Assembly (NCBI GenBank): GCA_964432115.1
Contig: CAYSMC010000033.1
Location: forward strand, 1,123 to 65,122
DNA length: 64,000 nucleotides
Source of the DNA: an uncultured Pseudomonadales bacterium
GTDB taxonomy: Bacteria; Patescibacteriota; Microgenomatia; UBA1400; PJMF01
Direction: 5' to 3'
Shown: in pieces, positions 22,145 through 31,599 of the stretch
Position numbering within the stretch: position 1 is the first letter of the stretch
How the letters are laid out: each line of letters opens with the position of its first letter
Translations under genes and position numbers: made by a program
Notes under the pieces: generated by a model
Seen by the model: the letters and a program-made list of their open reading frames with translations, nothing else
Database searches by the model: none
What the model was told of the DNA's origin: nothing

Positions 22145-22220
22145 CGCTCCTTTCTTTGGCTAAATTAAGCCAGGTTCATCATATTGATGAACTTTTTATA
22201 ATTTGCCGTGGAAAAGCTAG

Positions 22221-22332
22221 AAAAACGCTTGATGCTCGCCAAGACTTATGAGGCTGAAGACCGGACTTATTCGTTTTAAAACAAATTCACCGTTGCGGCA
22301 CAGTCACGGATTTACACCGTGTTCCACAGCAG
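22221..22332 (-). promoter_or_regulatory. Cobalamin (B12) riboswitch, compact form, with a kissing-loop/terminator-like hairpin
   Basis: Minus strand reads GCTG-TGGAA-CACGGTGTAAATCCGTG-A-CTGTGCCGCAACGG-TGA-(ATTTGTT/AACGAAT stem)-AAGTCCGG...TCAGC, matching the J3/4 GGAA, P4 T-loop, P5-L5 and B12-box pattern. It is followed by CTTG-GCGAGCAT-CAAG and CGTTTTT. Confidence 0.85.
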
Positions 22333-22357
22333 AAATAATTTAGCAAAAATCCAAAGA

Positions 22358-23053
22358 CTAAGCAACCGGTAATTTATTTAGTCGGTAGGCTCGAATGAGC
22401 AAATTTTGCAGGGTTTTTTGTAGAACGAGGTTAATTTTGTTAACTATATTAAAATTATTGCTTTTTTCCTGAAAATAAATGGGTTTAGCATAATTAATGA
22501 TGTAAGCCCCTTTCCGATACCAAACAAAATTTTTTTCTTGACCTTTAATATTTATCGTAAATTTTTTTATTTTTTTTGGATTGACACAAATACTAATGGG
22601 AATAATCGGAGCCCGAGTTGCCAAAGCCATGCGAACAGTTCCAGTTTTTAAAGTTTTTAATTTTTTACAGTTTGGACTAACACCTCCCTCTGGAAAAATT
22701 AAAATTGAGCGATTTTTTTTGAGTAAGGCAATTGCCCGTTTAAGAGCTATTTTTCCAGAATTAGGACCGACGGGAATATGACCTGCCCAACTAATTAATT
22801 TATTTAAACCAAAAATTTTAAAAACATCTTCAGTTAAGAGAGCGTGAACCGGCTCTTTAATACTACTCATCACGTACAGAGGATCAAGAGTGCTTGGATG
22901 ATTCACGGCAAAAATTTTTGCACCTCGAGGAAGTTGTTCATTTGCTTTGATTTGTCTTTTTAAATCAATTTTCGTGTAGAGACGAGCTAACGAGCGGCCA
23001 ATAAAATATAAAAAGTTCTCTAAACAATAATTTTTTTTCATTATTTTCAGCAA
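22358..23053 (-). CDS. 1-acyl-sn-glycerol-3-phosphate/lysophospholipid acyltransferase (PlsC family)
   Basis: 'NHPSTLDP' (NHxxxxD) and 'IFPEG'. Confidence 0.9.
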   Translation of the reverse strand: MLKIMKKNYCLENFLYFIGRSLARLYTKIDLKRQIKANEQLPRGAKIFAVNHPSTLDPLYVMSSIKEPVHALLTEDVFKIFGLNKLISWAGHIPVGPNSGKIALKRAIALLKKNRSILIFPEGGVSPNCKKLKTLKTGTVRMALATRAPIIPISICVNPKKIKKFTINIKGQEKNFVWYRKGAYIINYAKPIYFQEKSNNFNIVNKINLVLQKTLQNLLIRAYRLNKLPVA

Positions 23054-23130
23054 TTCATTAGGCCATACTTCTTGAATAACTGCAAGGGTAAGTTTGTTGC
23101 TTGTTTTTTAAAATGTTAAGAGCTATTTGT

Positions 23131-23159
23131 TTGCAATCACAGAAAAATCATATTAGAAT
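23131..23159 (+). promoter_or_regulatory. Sigma70-type promoter
   Basis: TTGCAA-17 nt-TAGAAT, 8 nt before ATG 23168. Confidence 0.6.
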
Positions 23160-23167
23160 GAAAGTCT

Positions 23168-23908
23168 ATGAAGAAAAGCATATTTTTGATCACTCTGTTT
23201 TTATTAACTTTTATTTTACTTCGTCCAGTTTTGGCTCAACAAGGCAAAACACAAAATATAATTTCTGAGGAAACGGTGATAACTGAAAAACAAATTCAGC
23301 AGCAAGAAAACACTCAAAATCAAGGTGAAGAACAAAATTTGCGTATTGAAAACTCTCTTCAAGGCGAAACCATGGAAGTTGTATTAGAAGGAGACTCGGT
23401 CCAAGAACAAACAACTTCGAATAGAGATGATTCTTTGTCGAGAGTAAAAGGTCAAGGTTTAACCATGAGCGAGGGTGCCCAAATTGTCAAAGAAAGAAAT
23501 AATGATGTAGCCAATCAAGTGCATAAATTGTTAATAGAAAGAGATTTTCGGGGCGGCATTGGTGAACAAGTGAAAACAATTGCTCAAAATCAATTAAAAG
23601 TTCAGGAAGAAGTTCAAAATAGATTAAGTAATTTAGAAAATAGACCCCTCTGGCAACGATTCTTTTTAGGTCAAAATCAAGACAATGTTGATGGTTTGCA
23701 AAATTCTTTAAGAAAAAATCAAGAGTACTTAACGGAATTACAAAGTTTGCTGGAAGATCAAGCTTTAAGTGCCGAAGATCGTTTAGCTGTTGAAGAAGCT
23801 TATTTAGAACTACAGGCTCAACAAGAATTAGTTGAAGTTCATTTGGAAAATATTTTGGGTGAATTTAGTGTTGTTGGTTTTTTTAAAAGATTATTTAATC
23901 GTTCTTAA
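23168..23908 (+). CDS. Secreted coiled-coil hypothetical protein
   Basis: Signal peptide ending 'PVLA', then a Q/E-rich helical body. Confidence 0.8.
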   Translation: MKKSIFLITLFLLTFILLRPVLAQQGKTQNIISEETVITEKQIQQQENTQNQGEEQNLRIENSLQGETMEVVLEGDSVQEQTTSNRDDSLSRVKGQGLTMSEGAQIVKERNNDVANQVHKLLIERDFRGGIGEQVKTIAQNQLKVQEEVQNRLSNLENRPLWQRFFLGQNQDNVDGLQNSLRKNQEYLTELQSLLEDQALSAEDRLAVEEAYLELQAQQELVEVHLENILGEFSVVGFFKRLFNRS

Positions 23909-25029
23909 TTGAGAGCTTCTTGAATAAAATTTTGTAGTTCATTCCAATTATTATATCCAGCTTTGGGGACAAGTACGAAGCCATTGGTACTACTACTCGT
24001 GTTTAACACATTTTCTGTACTTAAATTGACATTTCTAATTTCAAACTCATGAGCATTAATTAATAAAGGAGCTAAATATTCCAGAATTTCTAAATCAAAA
24101 TTTGTGTAAACATGTTGTTTAACTTGTTTAAAAAATTGAGAAATATTGCTTAAAGCTTCTAAATCAAATAATTTTTTTCTAATACCATTTAAAACCTCTA
24201 CTTGGCGTCGACTTCGATCAAAGTCACTAGAACTATGACGCGATCGGACATATTTGAGAGCGTCATCCCCCTCCATGTTTTGGACTCCAGCAGGGAAATA
24301 AATTGTTTCATAGCGACAAGCAAATTGTTTTTCCAAATCAAAACCACTAAGAGTAGCTGTTAATTGAGCAATTTCTTCATTACTATAACCACAAGGTTCA
24401 AGTTGTTTGCCCTCAATTGGATACCATTGATCTTCAAAATTTTCTGCTACTTCCACTTCGATACCGCTTAATTCTTGACCAATTAATCGTTGAAAACCAA
24501 CAAAATCTACAGCTATAAAATATTTAATATTAAGATTGGTAACTGTAGACAATAGTTCTTTAGTTGCTTGGCCAGCATTAAGCATGGGTTCTGTACCAGT
24601 CATTTGAGAACTAAAAACATTATTAATTTTTCGGTAAGTACCATTGTTTAAATTGAGTTCTAAATCTCTAGGAATAGAAATAAAAGTGATGATTTGTTGT
24701 ACAAAATCTAGATGAGCAATTTGAATAAGATCAGCTAACATACCTCCTTGATGTCCAGCGCCACCATAGCCGATTAATAAAATATTAAGCTCTTTTTGAT
24801 CATCTGTTTCAATGTGACTAGTGTCTGAATTTAATTGATTGGCAATATTTGTTTTGGTGGTCATCTGCTCTTGATTTTTTTTCTTATTTTTCAAATGATG
24901 ATAAGTAAAGGTGGCAGATACAATAATGATCAAAGTTAAGAAAAATAAAAAAGCCCAGTAAATATTTTTTTGTTTTTGATTAAATTGTTGATATGTTGTG
25001 ACTAAACGCTGTCTAATTTTTTTAATCAT
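23905..25029 (-). CDS. LCP (LytR-CpsA-Psr) family cell-wall glycopolymer transferase
   Basis: 'NILLIG', 'SIPRDL', 'KIN', 'ALKYVRSRH' and 'SDFDRSRRQ'. Confidence 0.92.
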   Translation of the reverse strand: MIKKIRQRLVTTYQQFNQKQKNIYWAFLFFLTLIIIVSATFTYHHLKNKKKNQEQMTTKTNIANQLNSDTSHIETDDQKELNILLIGYGGAGHQGGMLADLIQIAHLDFVQQIITFISIPRDLELNLNNGTYRKINNVFSSQMTGTEPMLNAGQATKELLSTVTNLNIKYFIAVDFVGFQRLIGQELSGIEVEVAENFEDQWYPIEGKQLEPCGYSNEEIAQLTATLSGFDLEKQFACRYETIYFPAGVQNMEGDDALKYVRSRHSSSDFDRSRRQVEVLNGIRKKLFDLEALSNISQFFKQVKQHVYTNFDLEILEYLAPLLINAHEFEIRNVNLSTENVLNTSSSTNGFVLVPKAGYNNWNELQNFIQEALN

Positions 25030-25068
25030 AAGCTTATTTTAGTATAGCTTAAATGATATAATAAGAAT

Positions 25069-25776
25069 ATGTTAAGCAAATCTTTTTTTATTTTACAAAA
25101 TAGTAATTTTCCTTACGATCAATTACGTTTTCCTGGTCAAGCTAGTGATGAGAAGGTCTTGTACTTAACTCGAGAACACTCGCTTTTTTTAATTTTTAGA
25201 TTATTATTCATTCTGCTTATTGGTATTAGTATTATCTTGGCTAGCGTGATTTTAAATAGAGTTATTGGCCAAGTGTTTGCCAGTCAGCTATTATCCATCG
25301 TTTTATTAGGGATGTTATTAGTGTTTCTTTTATTTACGATTGTTGGCTCTTGGTGGGTTTTTACTTTATGGAAAAAATCTGTAGCGATTGTGACTAATAA
25401 ACGTTTGATTAAATTTATTTATACCACTCCCGTGAATCGTTATAATATGAGTTTGCCTTTGGAAATGATTGTAGACACTAGTTCTCATAATCGTGGACTG
25501 TTAAGTTCTTATTTAAAAATTGGTAGTATTACGGCTCGTTCCAGTGCGAGTAGTTCTGGAGTAGCTACTAATGATAATTTGCGAGTGAATAAAAAATATT
25601 TTTATTTAGAAAACATTAAATATTTTGAAGATCTACAACAATATTTAAATAAATTAATTAATACTTTGCACAAACAACCAGCAGAATTAAATAAATTCAG
25701 ACCATTTTTACCCCACTTAAAAGGGCAGGCTAGAGAAGAATTCTTAAGAGCTAATTATCCACAATACGCTAAATAG
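25069..25776 (+). CDS. Membrane protein with a bacterial PH-like domain
   Basis: Two TM helices followed by 'IVTNKRLI'. Confidence 0.65.
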   Translation: MLSKSFFILQNSNFPYDQLRFPGQASDEKVLYLTREHSLFLIFRLLFILLIGISIILASVILNRVIGQVFASQLLSIVLLGMLLVFLLFTIVGSWWVFTLWKKSVAIVTNKRLIKFIYTTPVNRYNMSLPLEMIVDTSSHNRGLLSSYLKIGSITARSSASSSGVATNDNLRVNKKYFYLENIKYFEDLQQYLNKLINTLHKQPAELNKFRPFLPHLKGQAREEFLRANYPQYAK

Positions 25777-25813
25777 TCTTGGTGATGTATTAAGGGAGTG
25801 TTAAACTAACAGC

Positions 25814-26977
25814 ATGAGAGATGATTTTGCCCAAGCTTTAGCCAATTTTCACTATGATTTGCCTAAGAACAAAATTGCCAATCAGCCCCTAGTAAAAAGA
25901 GATCAGTCTAAGCTTTTAGTACTTGATCGGCAAACCGGTTTATTGAGTGATTATCAATTTTTTCAATTAGACCAGCTTTTAACTGATCAAGATGTTTTAG
26001 TGCTTAATGAAAGTAAAGTTTTTCCAGCTCGGCTTTTAGGTAAAAAAGATACGGGTGGAAAAGTTGAATTGTTGTTATTAAAACAAATAGCTAGTGATAG
26101 TTGGCAAGCGATTAGTAAACCATCACTCAAATTAAAGCAACAGTTGTATTTTCCTCCACGAAATTATTTATCAGAGGACAATCTAGATTTAGAAGATTTA
26201 CTACAAGCAACAGTTGTTGTTTGCAGTGATAGTTCTGCTCAAGTTGAAATTAAGTTTAATCGTGATGATGAAGGCTTATGGCAAGCAATTGAAAATTGTG
26301 GTTATACCCCATTGCCACCATATATCAAAAATCAACAAAATGAAGATCTGCGTCGTCAAGAATATCAAACTGTTTATGCAAAACATCTTGGTTCAGCTGC
26401 TGCCCCGACAGCAGGTCTACATTTTACCAAACAATTAATACAAAAAATAAAAAATAAAGGAGTGCAAATTGAAAAGATTGATTTAGCTGTAGGTTTGGGT
26501 ACTTTTGCCAAATTAACGAGAGATAAATGGCAGAGTCAAACTCTCCATCAGGAATATTATCAAATTCAAAACGAAGTTGCTAAGCGCTTAATTAGAGCCA
26601 AAAAAACTGGTAAACGAATTATGGCGGTTGGGACGACTACGGCTCGCGCTTTAGAAAGTGCATTGATTAATATTGAAAAAGTTGAAAAAAAATCAGTCAA
26701 ACCTAAAAAAAATTCTTTATTACTAAAAAGTGGTCAACAAAGTACCAATCTTTTCATTAATCCACCATACAAATTTCAGATGGTTGATGCTTTAATTACT
26801 AATTTTCATTTACCTGAATCAAGTTTGTTAATGATGGTCTCAGCATTTACTAGTCAACCTAATTCGCCTTTTATTTTTGAAAATTTTATTCAATCTGCGT
26901 TGGGCAAAGCTTATCAGCACGCCATACACGCTGATTATCGATTTTTTAGTTTTGGCGACGCGATGTTGATTGTTTGA
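25814..26977 (+). CDS. queA: S-adenosylmethionine:tRNA ribosyltransferase-isomerase
   Basis: 'PLPPYI', 'YQTVYA', 'GSAAAPTAGLHF', 'TNFHLP' and 'YRFFSFGDAML'. Confidence 0.97.
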   Translation: MRDDFAQALANFHYDLPKNKIANQPLVKRDQSKLLVLDRQTGLLSDYQFFQLDQLLTDQDVLVLNESKVFPARLLGKKDTGGKVELLLLKQIASDSWQAISKPSLKLKQQLYFPPRNYLSEDNLDLEDLLQATVVVCSDSSAQVEIKFNRDDEGLWQAIENCGYTPLPPYIKNQQNEDLRRQEYQTVYAKHLGSAAAPTAGLHFTKQLIQKIKNKGVQIEKIDLAVGLGTFAKLTRDKWQSQTLHQEYYQIQNEVAKRLIRAKKTGKRIMAVGTTTARALESALINIEKVEKKSVKPKKNSLLLKSGQQSTNLFINPPYKFQMVDALITNFHLPESSLLMMVSAFTSQPNSPFIFENFIQSALGKAYQHAIHADYRFFSFGDAMLIV

Positions 26978-27004
26978 ACTTTTCTTGCTAGGCTGATCAG
27001 GAGC

Positions 27005-28198
27005 ATGTCAAAGACTGAAAAGCAACAACTGAATTTATCTGAAGATAAAAAACTTGTTTTAAAGCAAATTTTGCACTGGTTAGAATTTAAAAGCAATAAA
27101 CAACAATATTTAACAGTGGGCGGTTATGCGGGAACTGGTAAAACCACTTTAATAGCTGTTTTGCGACGCTTACTTTATAAAAAAAATCCTAAATTAAAAG
27201 TGGCTTTTGCTGCTTTTACTGGTAAAGCCACTCGAGTTTTACAAAATTATTTAACCGAATTTGATTTACTTTATAAGCAGGATTCTGTTAGCACCATTCA
27301 TTCTTTAATTTATAGTGTAGTGGAAAATGAGCAGCAGCAAATTATTGCTTGGCGCAAAAAAGATCGTTTAAAAACGGATCTAATTATTATTGATGAAGCA
27401 TCCATGTTGGATCAGGAAATTTGGTTAGATCTTTTATCATATCGCATTCCAATTTTAGCTGTTGGTGATCATGGGCAATTACCACCAATTCATGGTTATT
27501 TTAATTTGATGAAGGAACCAATGTTGCGTTTGGAGAGTATTCATCGTCAAGAGATTAATAACCCCATCATTGATGTGTCAATTTTGGCAAGAACTAAAGG
27601 TAGCATTCCGGTTGCTAGTTATGGTCGAAAAGTAAAAAAATTATTAAAGACTGATCCAGAAACAGCCGAGCAAGTAGAAAATTATTTACAAATGGCAGAT
27701 GAAGAAACTTTAATTGTGTGTGCTTATAACAATACTAGATTAAAACTTAATCAATATTTGCGTTCTCTAAAGGGTTTTGAAGAAGAAGACCCCCAAGCTG
27801 GTGACCGAGTGATTTGTTTGCGCAACAATCACCAGAAACAAATTTATAACGGTATGTTGGGTACTATTGATCGAATTAGACGAATAGATAAAAATTTTTT
27901 TGAACTAATTGTTGATTTTGATGATCAAAATATGACTTATGAGGGTCTGGCAGTAGCTAAACAGTTTAATAGTCCTCAAACGATTAGTTTTAATAGTCAA
28001 GATAGACAATTGTTAAAAAAGGCTGATCTTTTTGATTTTGCCTATGCTCTAACGGTGCATAAGGCCCAAGGCAGCCAGGCTAAGCGAGTTATTGTGTTTG
28101 AAGAGCGATTTAAACAGATGAATGATGAAGATTGGCGACGTTGGTTGTATACAGCTGTCACTCGCGCCGAGGAAGAATTAATTATTATTGGTGATTAA
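27005..28198 (+). CDS. RecD/Dda-like SF1B ATP-dependent DNA helicase
   Basis: 'GYAGTGKTT', 'IIDEASM', 'GDHGQLPP', 'YALTVHKAQGS' and 'LYTAVTRA'. Confidence 0.92.
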   Translation: MSKTEKQQLNLSEDKKLVLKQILHWLEFKSNKQQYLTVGGYAGTGKTTLIAVLRRLLYKKNPKLKVAFAAFTGKATRVLQNYLTEFDLLYKQDSVSTIHSLIYSVVENEQQQIIAWRKKDRLKTDLIIIDEASMLDQEIWLDLLSYRIPILAVGDHGQLPPIHGYFNLMKEPMLRLESIHRQEINNPIIDVSILARTKGSIPVASYGRKVKKLLKTDPETAEQVENYLQMADEETLIVCAYNNTRLKLNQYLRSLKGFEEEDPQAGDRVICLRNNHQKQIYNGMLGTIDRIRRIDKNFFELIVDFDDQNMTYEGLAVAKQFNSPQTISFNSQDRQLLKKADLFDFAYALTVHKAQGSQAKRVIVFEERFKQMNDEDWRRWLYTAVTRAEEELIIIGD

Positions 28199-28265
28199 AT
28201 TATTAATATTTAATTAAATATAACAAATTTTTTAATGATTTAACGTATATAATTAACAAAGATTT

Positions 28266-29018
28266 ATGAGTGTGCGGATCAACAAATTACTAGCCGATTT
28301 AGGTTTAAGTTCTCGTCGAGGGGCCGATCTGTTAGTTGTTGCGGGTAAAGTCAAAATTAATGGTCGTAAGGCAAAATTAGGAGAAAAAGTGAATTTAGCC
28401 AAAGATAAACTAGTGGTGAATGGTGAACTAATTAATCAACAATTATTACAAACAACAATCGATAGAGACAATTATGAATATTGGTTGTTAAATAAACCAC
28501 CAGCAGTAATTTCAGCAATTAGTGATCCGGCCAATCGTCCAACAGTTATTAATTATCTAAAAAATAAAACTCAAGCTCGGTTGTATCCGGTGGGACGTCT
28601 TGACTATGATTCGGAGGGTTTGTTATTGATGACAAACGATGGTGAATTAACTTATTGTTTAACTCACCCCAAATATCAAGTAGAAAAAGAGTATTTAGTT
28701 GATGCTAGGGGAATTTTTAATCAAAATAAAATTATTAGATTAGAAAATGGAGTGCTGTTGGCTGGCAAAAGAGCTAAAGTGGATCAAGTTGAATTGTTAA
28801 ACAAAGAAGGTCGAAATTTGCAATTAAAGTTTGTTCTTCACGAGGGGCGCAAACGCGAGGTTCGCCGACTATGTGCTAAAGTTGGTTGGGAGGTGCAGCG
28901 TTTGGTGAGAGTGCGTTTGGGTAATTTGCAATTAGGCAATTTGCAAGCTGGAACAGTGCGAAAATTAACCGAGCAGGAAATCACAGAATTAAAAAACAGT
29001 GTCAAATTAGAAAAATAA
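28266..29018 (+). CDS. rluB: rRNA pseudouridine synthase (RsuA/RluB family)
   Basis: S4 domain 'SRRGAD' and catalytic 'PVGRLDYDSEGLLLMTNDG'. Confidence 0.85.
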   Translation: MSVRINKLLADLGLSSRRGADLLVVAGKVKINGRKAKLGEKVNLAKDKLVVNGELINQQLLQTTIDRDNYEYWLLNKPPAVISAISDPANRPTVINYLKNKTQARLYPVGRLDYDSEGLLLMTNDGELTYCLTHPKYQVEKEYLVDARGIFNQNKIIRLENGVLLAGKRAKVDQVELLNKEGRNLQLKFVLHEGRKREVRRLCAKVGWEVQRLVRVRLGNLQLGNLQAGTVRKLTEQEITELKNSVKLEK

Positions 29019-29021
29019 ATA

Positions 29022-29663
29022 ATGCCAAACAATTTTAAATATTTAATTTTTGATTTTGATGGTACTTTAGCCAATACCACAGAAATTTATTTAATAGCTT
29101 TTAATCGGATTCATGCTCGTTTTAATTTGCCAAAGATTGGCAAAAAAGACTGGAACAAGTTCCAGTCAAGCAGCATGAAAGATCTTTGTCTGGAATATAA
29201 TATTGGCCCTGTTAAATTGTTAAAAATGGCTAAAGCAATTAATCAAGAATTTATTTCTTTAATTGCTCAGGCCGATTTTTATCCAGACATCAAGCAAACC
29301 CTATTTAGTTTAAAGAAAAACTATCAATTGGGAATTTTAAGCTCCAATGAGTTAAGCAATATTGAACGATTTTTTACTGATAAGAATTTATCCTTATCTA
29401 GTATTTTTTCTTTCTGGCGTTGTGAGAAAGAATTGTTTGGTAAAGATCGAGCGCTTAAAGCTTTGATGAAGGAACAAGAGATTGATTCGACGCAAATATT
29501 ATATTTTGGAGATCAAGTGAGAGATATCGAAGCTTGTCAACGGGTTGATGTTCAAGTTGCTGCTGTCAGTTGGGGTTTTGTTAGTGAAGAGCTGTTGGCT
29601 AGTGCTAAACCCAATTATTTACTTAATCAACCCAGCGAGATAATGGATTTATTAGCTGTCTAG
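29022..29663 (+). CDS. HAD-superfamily hydrolase (phosphoglycolate phosphatase-like)
   Basis: 'IFDFDGTL', 'LSSN' and 'YFGDQVRDI'. Confidence 0.9.
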   Translation: MPNNFKYLIFDFDGTLANTTEIYLIAFNRIHARFNLPKIGKKDWNKFQSSSMKDLCLEYNIGPVKLLKMAKAINQEFISLIAQADFYPDIKQTLFSLKKNYQLGILSSNELSNIERFFTDKNLSLSSIFSFWRCEKELFGKDRALKALMKEQEIDSTQILYFGDQVRDIEACQRVDVQVAAVSWGFVSEELLASAKPNYLLNQPSEIMDLLAV

Positions 29664-29717
29664 CTGTTAATTTTTCAGTTACAAGAGTATAATCATACTT
29701 TTGATTTTAGGAAATTC

Positions 29718-31577
29718 ATGCAAATTCGTAATGTTGCTATTATTGCTCATGTTGATCATGGCAAAACCACTTTAATTGATGGGATGCTTAAGCAAACCCA
29801 TGCTTTTCGTGATAATCAAGCAGAAATGTCTCAGGAGACGATTTTAGATAGTAATGATCTGGAACGAGAAAAAGGCATTACTATTTTAGCTAAAAATACT
29901 TCCATTAATTATCGAAGTAAAGCTGGTGAAGAAGTTAAGATCAATATTATTGATACTCCAGGACATGCAGATTTTGCTGGTGAGGTGGAGCGAGTAATTA
30001 GTATGGCTGATGGAGCCATTTTATTGGTTGATGCGGCAGAAGGGCCTTTACCTCAAACTAAATTTGTTCTCCAGCAAGCAATTAAACAAAAAATACCAAT
30101 TATTGTTTTAATTAATAAAATTGATCGTCGAGATAGTGAACCACAGCGGGTTTTAAATCAGGTTGAAGAGTTGTTTTTAAGTTTAGCTGACGACAGTGCT
30201 CAACTGGATTTTCCCGTTTTATATTCAGTTGGCAGAATGGGTAAAATTTGGTCAGAATTACCTGAAAAGAATCAGGCCGAATTTTTAAGTAAAGAAAATG
30301 GTAATTTACAACCCTTGTTTGAAGAAATTATTCACACTATTCCTGCTCCACAAACTAATTCACAAAAGCCGTTTAAAATGCAAGTATCAACTCTTGATTT
30401 TGATTCATATAAGGGCATTTATGCTATTGGCAAAGTTACACAAGGATTAGTTAAAAGTGGTCAGCGCTTAATTATTTTACAAGAACAAGAAAAAGTGGGT
30501 GAAATGACTGTTGCTCATTTAATGGAGAGCGCTGGTTTAGAAAAAAAAGAGATTCAACAATCACGACCAGGAGATATTATCGCTATTACTGGAGCAGACA
30601 AGATTGCTATTGGTCAAACATTGGCAGCTTTAGGTGAAACTGAGGGTTTCCCAATGATCAAAATTACCGAACCAACGCTTAAAATTCAAATTGCCGCTAA
30701 TAGTTCCCCTTTTGTTGGCAGGGAAAGTGAATTTTGCACAGTTCGTCAGTTGGCTGAACGACTCAAACGTGAACAAAAAACTAATTTGGGTTTGCGTATT
30801 GAGCAGAAAGAGGGAGGTATTTTTATTGTAGCGGGACGAGGTGAACTACATTTGTCTATTTTAATTGAAACAATGCGTCGTGAGGGTTATGAAATGGAAG
30901 TTGGTCGTCCTCAAGTTATTTTTAAAGAAATTGATGGAGTTAAGCAAGAACCAGTTGAAGAATTAGTTGTTGAAATTGAACAGGATTATGTGGGAATTAT
31001 CACTGAAGAATTGGGGAAACGTCATGCCCAATTGCAAAGTAGCGTCACTAATCATAGGGGTGTGAGCCGAATGGTTTATCAAATTACTAGCCGCAACCTT
31101 CTTGGTTTTCGTAGCGAAATTTTAACTAAAACTAAAGGCAATGGTTTATTTACCAGTTCTTTCTTACATTATGCTCCCCTGCAAGATAAAAGATTAAAAT
31201 TAAGAAATGGAGCCCTGATTGCTACTGAAACTGGCATGGTTACTGCTTATGCCTTAGAAAGTGTTCAGCAGCGAGGAAAAACCTTTGTTATTCCTGGTGA
31301 ACAGGTTTATGAAGGACAAATAGTTGGTTTGTGCAAGCAAAAAGGCGATTTAGAGGTAAACGTCTGTAAAAGTAAAAAATTAACTAATTTTCGTTCTAAT
31401 GCAGAAGTAATGATAGTGCTCAATACTAGAATCGATTTAAGTCTTGAGCAATCTCTAGATTTTATTGAAAATGATGAATTGCTTGAAGTTACTCCGCAAA
31501 ATCTTCGTTTACGTAAGCGTTATTTAAACAAATTAGAACGTAGTAAAAAAACCACCCAAAGAATTAAGAATTGTTAA
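29718..31577 (+). CDS. typA: Translational GTPase TypA/BipA
   Basis: 'IAHVDHGKTT', 'DTPGHADF', 'NKID', 'GRGELHL' and 'DELLEVTP..LRLRK'. Confidence 0.97.
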   Translation: MQIRNVAIIAHVDHGKTTLIDGMLKQTHAFRDNQAEMSQETILDSNDLEREKGITILAKNTSINYRSKAGEEVKINIIDTPGHADFAGEVERVISMADGAILLVDAAEGPLPQTKFVLQQAIKQKIPIIVLINKIDRRDSEPQRVLNQVEELFLSLADDSAQLDFPVLYSVGRMGKIWSELPEKNQAEFLSKENGNLQPLFEEIIHTIPAPQTNSQKPFKMQVSTLDFDSYKGIYAIGKVTQGLVKSGQRLIILQEQEKVGEMTVAHLMESAGLEKKEIQQSRPGDIIAITGADKIAIGQTLAALGETEGFPMIKITEPTLKIQIAANSSPFVGRESEFCTVRQLAERLKREQKTNLGLRIEQKEGGIFIVAGRGELHLSILIETMRREGYEMEVGRPQVIFKEIDGVKQEPVEELVVEIEQDYVGIITEELGKRHAQLQSSVTNHRGVSRMVYQITSRNLLGFRSEILTKTKGNGLFTSSFLHYAPLQDKRLKLRNGALIATETGMVTAYALESVQQRGKTFVIPGEQVYEGQIVGLCKQKGDLEVNVCKSKKLTNFRSNAEVMIVLNTRIDLSLEQSLDFIENDELLEVTPQNLRLRKRYLNKLERSKKTTQRIKNC

Positions 31578-31599
31578 CAATGAGTGTTAAAATAGAGCT

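Noticed and set aside
27005-28198. Prophage signal from the Dda/RecD-like helicase
   Set aside because: It is embedded among housekeeping genes (queA, rluB, typA) with no phage structural or packaging genes.
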